A stretch of 63,324 nt of DNA, the filler included, from Platydemus manokwari (lineage: Eukaryota): assembly GCA_037951405.1 (NCBI GenBank). It is 6 parts of 6 records of this genome, joined end to end, with 100 filler letters (N's around TTAATTAATTAA, not from the genome) between each part and the next. Parts side by side here need not be neighbours in the genome. Positions count along the whole stretch, not along the records: positions 23,397 to 35,621 come from JBBMOY010236672.1; positions 35,722 to 44,458 come from JBBMOY011357649.1; 4 more parts are not named here. One strand, 5' to 3'. The notes beneath the pieces are model-generated. The model ran no database searches. It worked only from the letters and a program-made list of their open reading frames with translations, and was not told the origin of the DNA. The position numbers were made by a program, and so were the translations under genes. Of this stretch, positions 25,155 to 38,949 are shown piece by piece (position 1 is the first letter of the stretch; the number at the start of each line of letters is the position of its first letter).

Positions 25155-25655
25155 ATGTCAACTATTAACGATAATTGTATCAAAATTAAAGATAAATTAG
25201 ACGCCGTGGAACAATTTAAGGCCGGAATACCTTTGCTACAAATAGCCACCAAATATCGTACGACCACGAAAATGGTTTGTAAATGGTTTCAAACCAAAAG
25301 TGAACTTGAAAACCAATTTATTCAATTTCAACAAAATCAAAATTTGAAGCAAAATAAAGTAACTAATCAAAAATTGTTGAAATCGAAAAACCGTGAAGAG
25401 AAATCTATCATCTCCGATTTTCAAAGGAAGTTTTTAGCAGAAGAATTTGAAAGCGTACAAGCAATATATATGAGCTACTTCCAAAGAACTCAATACATGT
25501 TAAAGAAGAATTCCGAATTCATTAACAAGACGAGTCCTGAAGCTGAAGAACATCTAAATAAATTAGAGGCACACACCAAATTCTTGGAGAGTAATTATTT
25601 TCGACAAGTAATTGATCGAAAAAATCGATTAGAAAAAATGCTTTCACATAAATAA
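25155..25655 (+). CDS. 166-aa protein with an N-terminal CENP-B/pipsqueak-like HTH and a helical C-terminus
   Basis: IKDKLDAVEQFKAGIPLLQIATKYRTTTKMVCKW fits the pogo/CENP-B N-terminal HTH pattern. The ORF is intact and AATAAA overlaps the stop. Confidence 0.55.
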   Translation: MSTINDNCIKIKDKLDAVEQFKAGIPLLQIATKYRTTTKMVCKWFQTKSELENQFIQFQQNQNLKQNKVTNQKLLKSKNREEKSIISDFQRKFLAEEFESVQAIYMSYFQRTQYMLKKNSEFINKTSPEAEEHLNKLEAHTKFLESNYFRQVIDRKNRLEKMLSHK

Positions 25656-28600
25656 ACTTTTATTATTAATTCGACTTTTTTATTATTATTATTATTGGTA
25701 TTATAATATGATCTTGTTGGTGTAGACAGTAATAATTTAATTTGATATTCTATTTGAACTAGACATCGAAAAGTTCAATAAAATTTCTTACTACTAATTT
25801 CAAATATTAATTTCAAGTTACAATCACCAAACTTTTAAAAAAATCAAATAAAATGATGAATATCCATTTTAAAACTGCGATGAATTGCATGATTCACACT
25901 TATTTTGGATGTTATAAATAAAATATTAATATTATTATGTTTTCCAGTAAATTATTATTGTTTCCATTGGGACATTAAAATGCATGATTTTACGAGAATA
26001 GAATATCGTATTAAAAATAAACACATTTTTTATCAAAGCAAAACAACTCAGTGGAAAATATAATTGTAGAATAGCAAATATTATTAAGCTGTTAATGACC
26101 TTTAAACGAATGTCGCGGTGGATCTGAAAACCTATCATACTCGACACGGAAATGAGGTTGTCATATGATGAAAATAATTTAAACAAATTCTTTTGATATT
26201 AAAAGTTTGCTTCGATGAAAAGAAATTATTATAATTGATTCGTTAGTAAATACGTAATGTCATTATTTCAGTCAATTTCAGTTTAGATTAAAATGTATTG
26301 CTATTTAATTTAACTTTAAATATAAACACATAAATGTAATAATCAAATGTCGTTAAAATAGCGTCATATTTCGTCATAGCAGGAATAATATATTGGATTT
26401 GTCATATTAGTTCAAAATTGATACTAAAAATAGAAACATACGAAATTTTGTGTGCGTGTAACATTGCAACGAAAATTGCAATATTTCGTCATGGACAATT
26501 ACAATGCAAAAATAGTTAGTTATTTCAAATTGGCGCAAAATTAAAACAATAAGTATATTAAATTTTAATTGATACATCATGAAATTTGTTAAGATTTATT
26601 TAAAAAAAATTATTTAAAAAATTGAATTATTTTGAAAACTTCGCAAGTCAATTTGAAATTCCAGCTATTATATGATTTTGTGTGAAAATTGAAAATCGCT
26701 GTTTTATCTGTTCTGTTTTATCGATTATGATAGAAAAATCGTAATAATTACTAAATTTTAAAATATTTTTAAATAGTTAAATAAACTATTGTAACACAAG
26801 GTCATTTCTTGTATAATTGCGATCGTTACATTCAAGATTTGACTAATTTGATCAACTTAAACGAGAGAACTTGCGAAAAATTTGATTAGCAGCTGGATAA
26901 TTTGGATAATTTTTGTTGAGATCCTAATAATTCGTTATTATTTTAAATTTTAGTGTGATTTTAAAATATAATATAATTATTTATAAATCCGACTCAGTTT
27001 TAACCATCTCTAATCATTTCATATGTAGTGTGTTCTCAATTTTCCATTTTCTTAATGAAGGCATGTAAATTTAATTTGATAATAATTATAATTATCTTAA
27101 TAATTATTATTCTAATGAATAAAATTGAGTTTTAATATGATAGTACTTGATAATAAATAAATATGTAATTAAAATTTGATGATACAAGAAGTTGAGTTAA
27201 AAATTGAAGCATTTTTAATACAGTCACACCTAAGTTGCTATTCCCAAAAAATAATTAAGTACTGATAAAAATAAAAATCAGTAAAATTATAGTAATCGGA
27301 AAAATCAAATTGTTTAAAAATAATGAGTTGTCAAATTATTAATAGATTACCCAGGTCAAACTTCTCAAAGAACGTTTGACTGTAGGTCTAAACTATCTCT
27401 TCACCAGAATTGGGTTACATTTCTTCTACAATTTTTGAAATTTATTATCAACATAGTTAAACCACTAGCCAAAACAGGTAATGCAACAACAAAACAGCAG
27501 TAATTAATATAGATCAAACAAACAAAGAAACCAACTTATTTAGCATTTTTACAATCGTAGAAATAAAATTGATAGCTCCTAAAATAGAACTCGCTCCAGC
27601 TATATGTAAAGAAAAAATAGCTAAATCCATACCAACCCACTATGAAATAAGACAGAAGTTAAAGGGGGATACAAAGTCCAACCTGTACCAACCCCACCAA
27701 TTATCCAACTAGAACACAATAAAAATATAAAGAAGGAATCAACAACCAAAAATTTTTAGCACGAGGAAATGCTATATATCTATATCAGGCGATCCAATCA
27801 TAAATGGAACCAATCATTTGGACATTGGTGGAATTGTGAAATTATTGAAATCATTATGAAATTCCATCAATGTGATAGAAATGACTCAAATTAACCACAA
27901 TAAATTGCTGATAACTTGAATGATAGATTAATTTTACAGATGGAACCTGATTAATATCTGATTATTAATCAGATAAATAAATCGCCAGTGAAAAAACCGC
28001 AGCTTTTGAAAATAAATAGAAATATTATGAGCAAAGTCAAGTCAGACTAAAAGATGTCAATTTAATAATTTATTTTTATTTTAATCTAAGAAAAGAAGTA
28101 ATTATTGTTCAACCAGAAAATAATTTGAAGGAAAGAAATTTCAGACAAGCACTTACACAAATTAACACTTGGAATAATCTAGGAAATCGTACTAGAAGAA
28201 AAAGTCGATTGAGAAAAGAGAATTATTGACAAAATACAATGAAATTTAGTCACCTATAGAGATCGAATTGATTTATCCAAATAATTCTTATCTTGTATTA
28301 ATAAAATGATCTCTTCAGCTATAATTCAATTAACGAATAGACCAAGTCCAATCATTCAATTAATTATATTGAAATTCATTGCGTAAATTTATTGTAATAA
28401 GAGGGATTGCTGACACATATAGGCGCAATCCTCAGTAAGTCATTGAGCAAAAAGGATTCTTGCGACAAAAACAAATATGTTTCCTTAGGAACAATAGCAT
28501 TCTATATTAATCATATATTCATTAGAAAGCCTGGTTATTGTTTCATTAATTAAAATTGTTGTTGTCTATTTAAATTGTCTTTTTAATCAGAAATTATTAT

Positions 28601-31017
28601 ATATTTAATTATATATTAATAAAAGTATTCATTATTTTTCGTCGGAGTCTAATATCGTGAATATTTATATATTTGTTGGTATTCTATTTATAAATTTACA
28701 ATTATATTGTCCACATTATTTTATTAAAACCAACAGTAATATTACAATCTTAAATTTTCATGAAAGCCTACTTTATTTATTTTATGTTTTATTTATTTAT
28801 ATTTTATTTTTAGCTGTATTTATATTTTATGACGTTTTCAGCTTTTAATCTGACACATTATTTGGATTGTCCTTTTTCGGGCAACAAATAATGGATTTTT
28901 AAGAATTCTGTAGTCCAAGTGAAAAGTTGGAACTGTTTGTGTTTAAAGTCATTTAAATTATTTTGTAATTATAAATAAAAAGTTGATTTCATCTGACAAT
29001 ATAATCGCAGCAAATGCTCGATAAAAAGGCTTTGGTTTATATGTTTAGAGAATTTATTATAAATTCCATTAGGTACTAATGAGGGTTGATAAGTAAAAGA
29101 ATCATTTATATTTCAATATTTAAAAAAGAATATTTATTCAACTCAATGCTTTCAGCTGCTAATAATTAATTTATGTAGACTGTTCATTGAAATCTTTCGG
29201 AACATTTCCAAGCCTCAATATTCAAATTAAACTATAAACTGTAAAAGCCGTAAAATCAAGCAAATATTGACAATGAATTATGTAATATAACTGATCAATG
29301 GTATGCTGTCCTTTGTTAAATTATGCTGACGTAAATACGCACGGCTCGATTTTCATATCATTTAACCAGGATATGAATCATGTGGTAAAATACAGTTTAT
29401 CTCTACCAAGTAGTAATGATCTATGAGATGATAATCTGGATTACTTTTATCAAATTCAAATATTTTATTAAATAATCTGTTGTATCAAAATAGAACTCGA
29501 GCAAACTTTTAATATCTTTCAACAATCGAGCTAAATAGTTCAATAGAGTTCAAAAAATAATTCAATAAATTTTAAACTAATAACTTCATTTAATCTTATA
29601 TAGAAGGTGTTTAGTAAATGATTAAATTTTCAACGAATCAATATTTCGTTTCAAGATTTTATCAAGATTTATCCGAAGAAATGACTTCAACTTGTGAATG
29701 ACTAAATAAATTCTTTATATATTTCATACCCATTGACTATATATTTACTAGTGATTTAATCCGCTCAATATCTCTAAAAATTTAGAAACTTGAGCTGTTA
29801 TATAATTACTGTCAAACTTACAAATATATTTAAAAACCACTAAGTTATAATTTAACTTAATATGACTGATAACAAAAACCACTCATAATTCTACACGAAT
29901 CAAAGATATTTCAAAAGATTTTTTTTAATTTTTTTATTATATGTTTTAGTAAACTGAGTTGCAAATAATAAATGAAAAATAATAGTAAAAAAATAATCTA
30001 TAGATACTTCATAAATATGGATAAAAGGCATATAACTTAAGCTAAAGTCTTTTAAAGACCTACAGGACTAACCATTGACAAAGATATCCAACAATATTAA
30101 TTTATTTTTTAAAACTCACGTTCAAATTCACAATTAATTAATTATACCTGGCTTTTATTTATTAATTCTTCTGAATTTTTCGAAAATATACTTCATTCTA
30201 GTTTCAAAATATCAAAGCTGTTTACCTATAATTAATTTACAACATAAATTTAAATGTTTTAATGCTTCAATAAGCAATTAATAATAAAATGTTCATTGTT
30301 AAACATGTAAGCAAAGATATTCACAAGCATTCGTTGGTATGATTTAATTTGATTTTGTTTGGGTGTTTTTAGATATTTTCAAAATTGTAGACTGTTTACA
30401 AACAACTTCAAAGAACCAGATATAAGTTTAGTTATGATGTCATTTATTTTGCAATATCACTTGTTACCGGGCTGGCATTAATTGTCGTTAGTTATCAATT
30501 TATTTTTAAAAATATAATAAAATATAAATTGCTTAACACAATCAATACAAGGGGACCAAAAAGCTTACAATATGATTTCCTAAATAACAATGAATAATAC
30601 AATCAAATTGATTTTTCTGGTGTTTTTCAGGGGTTTAGTAAAGTGCAAAAATTAGCAACAAAATGTTTATGTGGGGCATTTTAATTCTCTAAACAAAAGC
30701 TTTTTAATCACAAAGATTGAAAACGATAAATGAAACCGAGGGGAGCAATTTAACGGGATTTTTTTATCATTTAAATTATTGGTTTTCAAAATAACATATA
30801 AAACCCTTTTGTAAAAATTTGAATTCTTGGAAAACATTGTGTGTGCATTGCAATTCTATGGGAGAATTGAATGATTAAAAATGAAAAGGTTTCATTTTAA
30901 ATGTTTAAGCCCAAATTATTTTCCGCACATGGAGTCAACTTTTCAAAAATTCGAATAAAAGCTGAAACATAACAAATCATTTCACTACAATCTTGATTGT
31001 TTAAATATAAATATAAT

Positions 31018-31980
31018 TACCGTTAATTACGTGTATTAAGACCCTACATCTATTAAGACTCCCCTCATTTTTAGATAAAAAATTTTAGAAAAAATTAAAT
31101 TACTTTATTCGTCATAGAAACCATGAAATTCTTCTTCACTCTCAAACATATCTTCTGTTTCCACATGTTGATTAACCAGTTTTGTAGCTAATTCTTCAAT
31201 TTCTTCATCGTCTGTGTCTAAGGAATCACTTTGAGCAAAAATAGCATCATCCTCAGAGCCACCCAAGGCATTAATAATACCTGTTTTCTTAAATGATTTG
31301 AAGATAACATAATTCTTGATGGCATCCCATGAAGTTTTCACCCATTGACAGACTTGTCAGAAGGCCTGATGGAGTTAAGTTTGAATCAGATTCAATCATC
31401 CATTTGATCCACCCCTCCTTCATGTTTACCTTAAAATGTTTATTGATACTGACATCAAGAGGTTGTAATTGACTTGTGAAATCACCTGGAATGATTGCTA
31501 ACTGGGTTCTCAGTTCCTTAGCCCTTTGTTTTACTTTTTCCGTCAAAGGCCTCTAAACTGATCAAAAACCAAAAGAGATTTCTTCTTCAAAAGGACTCCA
31601 GAACATTTAAACCATACCTTATCAAACCACGAATCCATGCTTTGCTAGACTATCCATCCTTTTGAAAGAACATAAATCAATACCCAAACTGGAATTTTAT
31701 CTTACGTTTGAAGATTAATAGTAGAGGCGACTTGGTGTCATCAGCCATACAGGTCAAAACACATGTAAAATGACTTTTTTCATGACCTGTTGTACGAATT
31801 GAAATTGCTTTGGCTCCTTTCTCATCAATTGTGTGATTATCAAGACGATCCAAATTCAGAGGCGTTTCATCCATATTCTCTATTTGTGACAATTCATAGC
31901 TAAACTGTTACCGGATATTGATGACAAATTTGTCGAAAGATAGGACTTTTTCTTCATAGAATTCAGGGTAATGAACTAAC
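31018..31980 (-). mobile_element. pogo/Tigger (DDE_1) DNA transposon remnant: frameshifted transposase plus 3' TIR
   Basis: Motifs NMDETP, TGHEKSHFTCVLTCMAD, SLLVFDQFRG, IPGDFTSQLQPLDVSINKHFK and an acidic tail are split over frames. The TIR-like 'TA-ccgttaattacgtgtattaagacc' starts at 31018. Confidence 0.92.
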
Positions 31981-34593
31981 AAGTAATTATTAATCATAGA
32001 TACAAGAGACAATGAAATTGAACAGTCTTCAAGAATTCTTGTTTTCATTTTCTGGATATAGTCTCCAGAATGTGAGTACTGATAATTCCGGAACCTCGAG
32101 TACATCTGATCAAAGATGTGGAATATTGCAGGTCAGTTTGCTTTGTAGTCGAACTAGCAGGAAAATGACGCCATGTCTAAAGAACTTTGCTTATCGTCTT
32201 CTTTTTTGTCTGTGGCTCAAAGGATGAGGTGAGTAGCATACTGCCTTATGTATTGGCATAAGTCGAGGGGACAATAATAGTTTTCAGTATAGTAGCTTTC
32301 ATTTATACCAGGTGAGTTTGACCACGATTCTCTGTTTTGCAGGATGCTCGAAAGCTGTGAATCACGAACATGTAGTTGATAAATTCTTCTAACTTGTAAT
32401 AATAAGCACCTCTAATGAAGAGTTAAGAATTTATAACATGGATAACTGCTTTGATATTTCTGCTATATGTTGGTAAATTTATTTTAAAAATTATTAATAA
32501 ATTACTAATGTGAATTCACATTGTTAGGCAAGGATAACAATGTAACACTTTTTATATAAAATTCTAAAGACACCAAAAAGAACCAATCATATATTGAAGT
32601 TTATCTATATGCCTTTCGACCATCATTAATAATTATCAGTTGTTACATAAAACAAACAAACCCAAACAAAAATAAAAAAATAATATCATAAATAAAATTT
32701 ACAGTAATTATAAGAAATAAAATAAAAGAAAAATACAAAAAAACATATCAAAGATAAAATAGTAGGACATTTAACCAGATACACAAAGCTCCCGCAGAAA
32801 TCCAATAATCGGAAATGATGACGGAAAAAGCAAGCATTTAGAACAATTTTTTCGAATAAAAATTTAGAATTTAGAAAGAATGAAAGATAGAAATCACCAA
32901 TAATAAGAGCACAGTATATTCGAGCACAAAACATTAGCCGCAAAGCACATTATTCATAAGAAAATGTAGTTTATTTATGATACACTTCCTAGCAAAAAAT
33001 AAAACAAGCACTAATAGTAAATAAATACTGATAAATTGAAACCAATAATAAATATCCTTAGATAGATGACTGCTAGATAGGTTTTATTTTCTAGGATTTA
33101 GAATTTGGAATTTATGGAAATTATAAACTATTTGTTGCTGGGTTTTTGTTTTATATTATTTTAAATTAATTTTGTAAAACGATTTGGATGAATGCCATTT
33201 TGTTCCTTGACATGTCAGTAAAATTTAATTTAAAATTTCACACGTTGAATCGAACATCTCCATAATCGTATTCGTTTATTAAATTTATTAGGTCTCACAT
33301 CTTCACATCGCCCTACTTATTCGCAAGGGTTTCCTCTTACAGAATAGATAGTCCAAAATATCCGTAGGTGATTGAGTTATTTAAAATATAATATATCATT
33401 TAAAATCAAAATGATTTTAGAAGATATCTTATCGAGGACTTTAGCAAATATTCGCAACCACTTCAATTTCAAATATCAAATGATACTTTGTTTTCGATTT
33501 ATAATAATTTGAACGAAGTGTTATACCTGGTCAAGTTTGGCATTTTTAATCTTTTAAATTCAAATTTTAATCTTTTCTTTAACGCACCCATAGTGTTTTT
33601 TTTTTTATTTTCCACTGTCAATAATATCGTCAGTTACAACTTTTGCCAATTATAAATGTGCATTGACAAATATTATTGCAACTTTCTATTCAAATATTCT
33701 TCTTAATGTAAGAAAGGAGGTCATAAAGTAAAAATCTTAATTCGAATGCATTGCAAAAATATTCTTTAAAACTTTGAATTTTAGATTTAAATATTTAAGA
33801 AGAATTTTAGCTATTTTAAATAAAATATTAAATGGATAAGAGCTTTAAAATCTCCTAAAATTTAATTATTCGAAAAACGGATCAAAATAGTAAAATTCAA
33901 ATTCATCAAAAATTAGCGAGGACCCTCCTTTTTAATTTTAGCAGCAAATTGAGAGATTTAATATTTTTTACAATTATTTAATAAAAACAAGCAATACTGT
34001 AATATTAAACAAGTCATAAGTTTTCTAAGTTGATTTTTAATTAAATAAATTTAAATTAACAACATCAAAAAATTGTAAAGAAATTTTATGATTACAATAG
34101 GAACTTGGTTTGAAAACATTGGTTTCTCCCTTTTCGACACCCTAAAAAGTGAGATATTAATTAAATCAATTCCTAGAAAATCATATATCATCATTTGTAT
34201 TCCCATATATTGATAAAGAAATTAAAAGTAAACATGATAATAAATCGAGTATGGACAATTATACAAAAAGTTAATCGACGAGTTAATAATAAAAACCATC
34301 TTACAAGAGTTTGAACATCCAGATAAATAAACATCATTATATAAAGTTGAAAAACTAGATAGGGCCTATGAGAACTCAAATAACCGATTTAAGTCGTAGA
34401 TAGTTTCAAAGAAAGAAACAATAATGAATAATCACACTTTGATCGCAGCTGTAACTTTAATATTAAATTATAAATATGGCTTTTGAAGTAAAAAGAGAAG
34501 AAATTAAATTGATCAAAAAACATCATTAATCAAATAAAGCAGACAAAATGGATCTCTAATGATCAATTTTAATCATATTGTTACCATGACAAT

Positions 34594-35071
34594 TGTGAAG
34601 ACTTATAATGAATTGTAATTTGAAAATTTTGAAAATCCGATTTATTATAAAATATTAATTTGTTTGAATAATTGTAATTAAAAGATAATCAGTTATCGCG
34701 ACTTTTCAATAAGTTTCCAAAGCGCTTTTATACGAAGTAATGGTGATATGGTAACCACACATTCAAATTTGATTCTAAGAATGTCTATGCCATGGAAGTA
34801 TATAAGAAATGCAAAGAAGATAAAAAGAAGTAATAGAGATACAAAGGCGATATAAAGAAAATATAAAGTAAAGAAGAAAGAGAAAATTTTACTTTGATAA
34901 ATTCTGGATAATTTGATTGGGATGATGAAAATTCAGAGAAAACCAAAGATTTAAAAGAAAATCGAAAGTGAAAATTTATAACAAATTGTAATTTGAAAAA
35001 TATGAAAATCAGATTCGCGAATTTTCCGTATGTTTCCAAAGTGCGTTTTATAAAAAAGATAGCGGCTTACA
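34594..35071 (+). mobile_element. TRIM-like miniature LTR retroelement, copy 1
   Basis: Diverged terminal direct repeats lie at ~34594-34748 and ~34923-35071, the latter ending tagcggcttaca. A PBS-like tggtaacc is at 34749. The A-rich non-coding interior is homologous to the interior of the 53310-53837 copy. Confidence 0.6.
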
Positions 35072-35551
35072 ACGTTGAAGGTACGTTAGTTTATACATTG
35101 CAATCAGTGACGAATCATTTGAATTTATTTTGTATTACGGTATAGTTAACCTATCAATATATATGAAATGAATCATTGGTGTATTAATAAAACCCATTTG
35201 TTTTCATTGATTTATATAGGAATTCGATTGTTTTTAGGTACAACTCTGTAATCTAATTCAATATTTTATTAAAACAATATATATCCAAATAACATAAGTA
35301 AATGAAATCCTAAATAAGAGTAATGCAAATTAGAAAATTCTGCAATATTTTATCTTTATTTTGAATGTATGGGATAATATGGAGGACTTATTGATAACAT
35401 TTAATTTCCTGTAAAATAATGATATTGAAATATAATCAAATCACTTCATGGTTTAAATGCTTTTATATAATATTAATAAATATATAACAAATATCATTTC
35501 TGAAATTTTGAGCTACCAAATATTTGTACACTAGATGAATATCAATTATTA

Positions 35552-35585
35552 TATTAGGCTGAGTCAAAAGTTATTCATGTTTTTT
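35552..35585 (+). mobile_element. mariner terminal inverted repeat (single end)
   Basis: TA-ttaggctgagtcaaaagttattcatgttttt resembles mariner TIRs of the ttaggttggtgcaaaagtaattgcggtttt type. It lies at a contig end. Confidence 0.55.
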
Positions 35586-35621
35586 AGTTGTTTAAAGTTT
35601 TTGTTTTACCAAATCATTTAA

Positions 35622-35721
35622 NNNNNNNNNNNNNNNNNNNNNNNNNNNNNNNNNNNNNNNNNNNNTTAATTAATTAANNNNNNNNNNNNNNNNNNNNNNN
35701 NNNNNNNNNNNNNNNNNNNNN
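35622..35721. other. artificial contig spacer N44-TTAATTAATTAA-N44
   Basis: Same 100-bp spacer. Confidence 0.95.
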
Positions 35722-38307
35722 GATCTATATAATCCTAACCCATTGATAATTCAAAATCAAACAGAAACAACATCAAAACCAATAATCCGTCAATTTCCGA
35801 GAATATATTTTTATAATTTATGTTTTGATATTCATTAACGGAATCCCTTTCGACATGGTTTTGATAGGAAATGGTGTTGATTTTCGTATTTATCTGCTCA
35901 TTTCATAAGATTAATAAACATGGATGGTGAAAGATGTTATCTAAATGCACGATATCGATATATATTTGTGAAGTGTTTCACGATATCTCATTTTCTAATC
36001 ATGACTGCCTAGATTTTGATTACAGATTGGACGAAAAAGTTATTTTTAACATAAATAACTATTAAAACAAATCTCATAAAAATTGGCACGACATGTTGCA
36101 TTATAATAATGAGCAGATGCAGCGTTTAAATTATACGCTTCTTGTTCCCTTTAACCGGTAGTACTCGCAATACAAATATTTCTTCAACGTATTTATTTTC
36201 TTAAAGATTTATTTCTTGTCACAAGAATTTACTTCCTTCGTCTTGATTAGCGATTAAGCAAGGCACCAAAATTGCTTTTGATTTTCCATTCAAATATTAT
36301 ATTGAATTGGCTTCACAGAACAATAACACTTGTCAAAGATTATACTTAAATTATTTGTGTCATTAAGCCCCAAACAGTATTCACCATAGAAACCCATGGC
36401 AACCATAAATGTATTAATATTGTTCTTGGTGTTGATGATCGTATTTGATTGGTTTATTATAATACTGAAAAATATGCTGGAATAATCCAATGTACTTATA
36501 AAAATGTACTACTGACAGTTTATTATCTCAATAAAGATCCGCACTGATCGATTTAACTTACCAAGAGGATTGTGATTTCGGTTTGTCAATAATTAGTGAC
36601 CTACCAATAATCAATTAGCATATATTATGATTATTGGTTTAGCGGTTCATCTAGATTCAAAACTTGTAACCCAGTTCATTATTGATTGTAAAAGATGAAC
36701 AGCTTTTGTGATTGAGTACCTGTTCTATGTCAATCGTATCTATCACACGGTTCATTATTAATGACAAATTGCCAATACACAATACAATTTTCTCTCACGT
36801 GATAATAATGTTTTCTGCACATATTTGTTTACATTTCCCGTTTAATTAGTCTAGTGAAAATAAGAAAAGAAATTTTATATTGTGCTATGAAATAACTGGT
36901 AGACGATAATCATCACAAATAGTGGATCTATTAGAGCAAGGTTGTCAATTCCAGAACGGCACAAATAGAACAAAAACTATGGCTGAGGAATTCCGGAGCA
37001 GTATCAAAGAGAGATTACTGCAACATTAATAGACAAGTGACTGTGGAGAAACTGATGATCAGTTGGAGAAACCTAATCAATCAAATGACCTTGAAATTTA
37101 TTACGATGGAGATGGATTATCAAAGACAAGAATTAAAGAAAAAGAAAGAAAATATCTAAATAAAAGCTTTGATGCAGGCACAGGCAGGATGCGAATGCAG
37201 CGTAGAGCTCTCATGAACAAGAATGGTGTTTTAAAATAAAATTTTATGTATGCATATCGATTTTTTATAGAATTCTCATGTAAGATCGGAACTGCCTTTC
37301 TTCAAATGATTCTATGAGAAGGCTGCTGATAAAATTGTTATTAATGCTATTGAATTCAATGATTATTTTGTTTATGATTCTCCGTTGATCTATAAGTCGA
37401 TAAGAATTCGAATCCCTGATCGATATTGAAATGGTGAATCTCTTTTTCATCAAAATGTATTAGATAATCAATATATATAGATATAGATATGTATGAACTG
37501 TCATCCTCCAAATAGAAATAACAGTTACTAATATGTGGGTGGATATTGGAATATTTTTCATTCAGAAACATCTCACCAAACGCCGATGTACCTTTCGATT
37601 ATCAATGGTTTTTGCCTGTCAAATCATGGATATTCAATGATAAGAAAAAAACTCATCGAATTATCGATATTAATAAGGAACATCGATATCCTTGACAAAA
37701 TTATCAAAATATTGATACGAAATTCTATATTATATAAAAAATAATCCATCCATCTCGTAGTTGTGTCAGCGTAAAAAATCGATTATTTCATGGATCGTGC
37801 ATCTCCTGCTGATACATATTATAAAAAACTTGTATTTTCACGCCCAATTAAATGGATCCAGTGTAGCAACAAGTGTTCAACCAGTATTGACCCAGCAACC
37901 TGAAAATTCCACGAAGCCGACCAAATCGTTACCAATCTTTTTATCAGCCCGTATTACAATTTCTAATTACGCTCCATCAAACATATTAAAAACTATATCT
38001 ACTTCATTATGATTGGATATCCGTTTTAACTGCGGCAACCAATAGGAATCCGTTGTAAAGAAAATAATAATTCTTGTATATAAAACGATGATGGATTTGA
38101 AATGAATCGAGTTTTCAATGGTCTTTTTGAAGATGAGTAAGATTTCGTTTATTTCTTTAAATTTTTTATAAATTGCATTCATATTTATCCTTCATTGATC
38201 TTGAATTGACAACCCATGATGTCAGATACGACAACATTCTTTTGAAGTCGAACGATCATGCAAATACAACGATTTTAATATCGACTTCTTTTTTAGGTGG
38301 TCTCACA

Positions 38308-38949
38308 ATGACGACTTCAACGGTTGACATTAAAATCCCAAAGAAACGCGGTCCTAAAAAGAAACCAATGACAGACGAAAGACGGGAACGATTGGTTCAG
38401 AGACGAGCACGAGCCAATTCACGAGAACGAAACCGAATGCACGGGTTGAATCACGCTTTGGAAAGTCTGCGTTTGCACGTACCGGTCTTCAATCAAACAC
38501 AAAAGTTAAGCAAAATCGAAACACTTCGATTGGCCAGTAATTACATATGGGCGCTATCAAAAGTCGTACGGAACGGATCATTTCCGGATACACTGACTTA
38601 TGCAAGAATGTTAACAGAAGGTTTGTCTCAAACAACGGCCAATTTAGTGGCATCATCGCTGCATATCAATCCACGATATCTCAACAAACCATCATCCAGT
38701 GGGTTTTTGCGTCCAACGGAAAAACCGATTGAAGCTCACGATGCTGATTCTTTTAATCCATGTTTTGGGTTGAATTCGTTTAATAAATATCCCTTCTATG
38801 GCCACAATCCGGATTCTATTGGGCAGATTTATCAAGACAAAATCGATTTCAGTCCTAACTCGATATTTGTCCATCAAGACAATAGCTTGAATAATGAAAG
38901 TTATATCATGCAAGATCCATTCCAATGTTCGATCTGTAACCATTTCTAA
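38308..38949 (+). CDS. neuroD: NeuroD-family bHLH transcription factor (213 aa from ATG 38308)
   Basis: PKKRGPKKK motif, b[27 protein letters not shown]...[20 protein letters not shown], and the NeuroD-specific extension [24 protein letters not shown] polypyrimidine/AG acceptor at ~38286-38297 suggests an upstream exon. Confidence 0.95.
   Translation: MTTSTVDIKIPKKRGPKKKPMTDERRERLVQRRARANSRERNRMHGLNHALESLRLHVPVFNQTQKLSKIETLRLASNYIWALSKVVRNGSFPDTLTYARMLTEGLSQTTANLVASSLHINPRYLNKPSSSGFLRPTEKPIEAHDADSFNPCFGLNSFNKYPFYGHNPDSIGQIYQDKIDFSPNSIFVHQDNSLNNESYIMQDPFQCSICNHF

Noticed and set aside
27290-28500. A-rich, coding-like decayed stretch (possible retroelement env/3' region)
   Set aside because: No motif or sustained frame could be recovered by eye.
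36880-37240. Purine-rich segment resembling a non-LTR retrotransposon 3' end or an upstream NeuroD exon
   Set aside because: It has multiple stops, no diagnostic motif and no convincing splice donor.
38173-38307. 45-aa N-terminal extension of NeuroD in the ORF track
   Set aside because: It starts at TTG and contains a polypyrimidine/AG acceptor just before ATG 38308, so it is most likely intronic.
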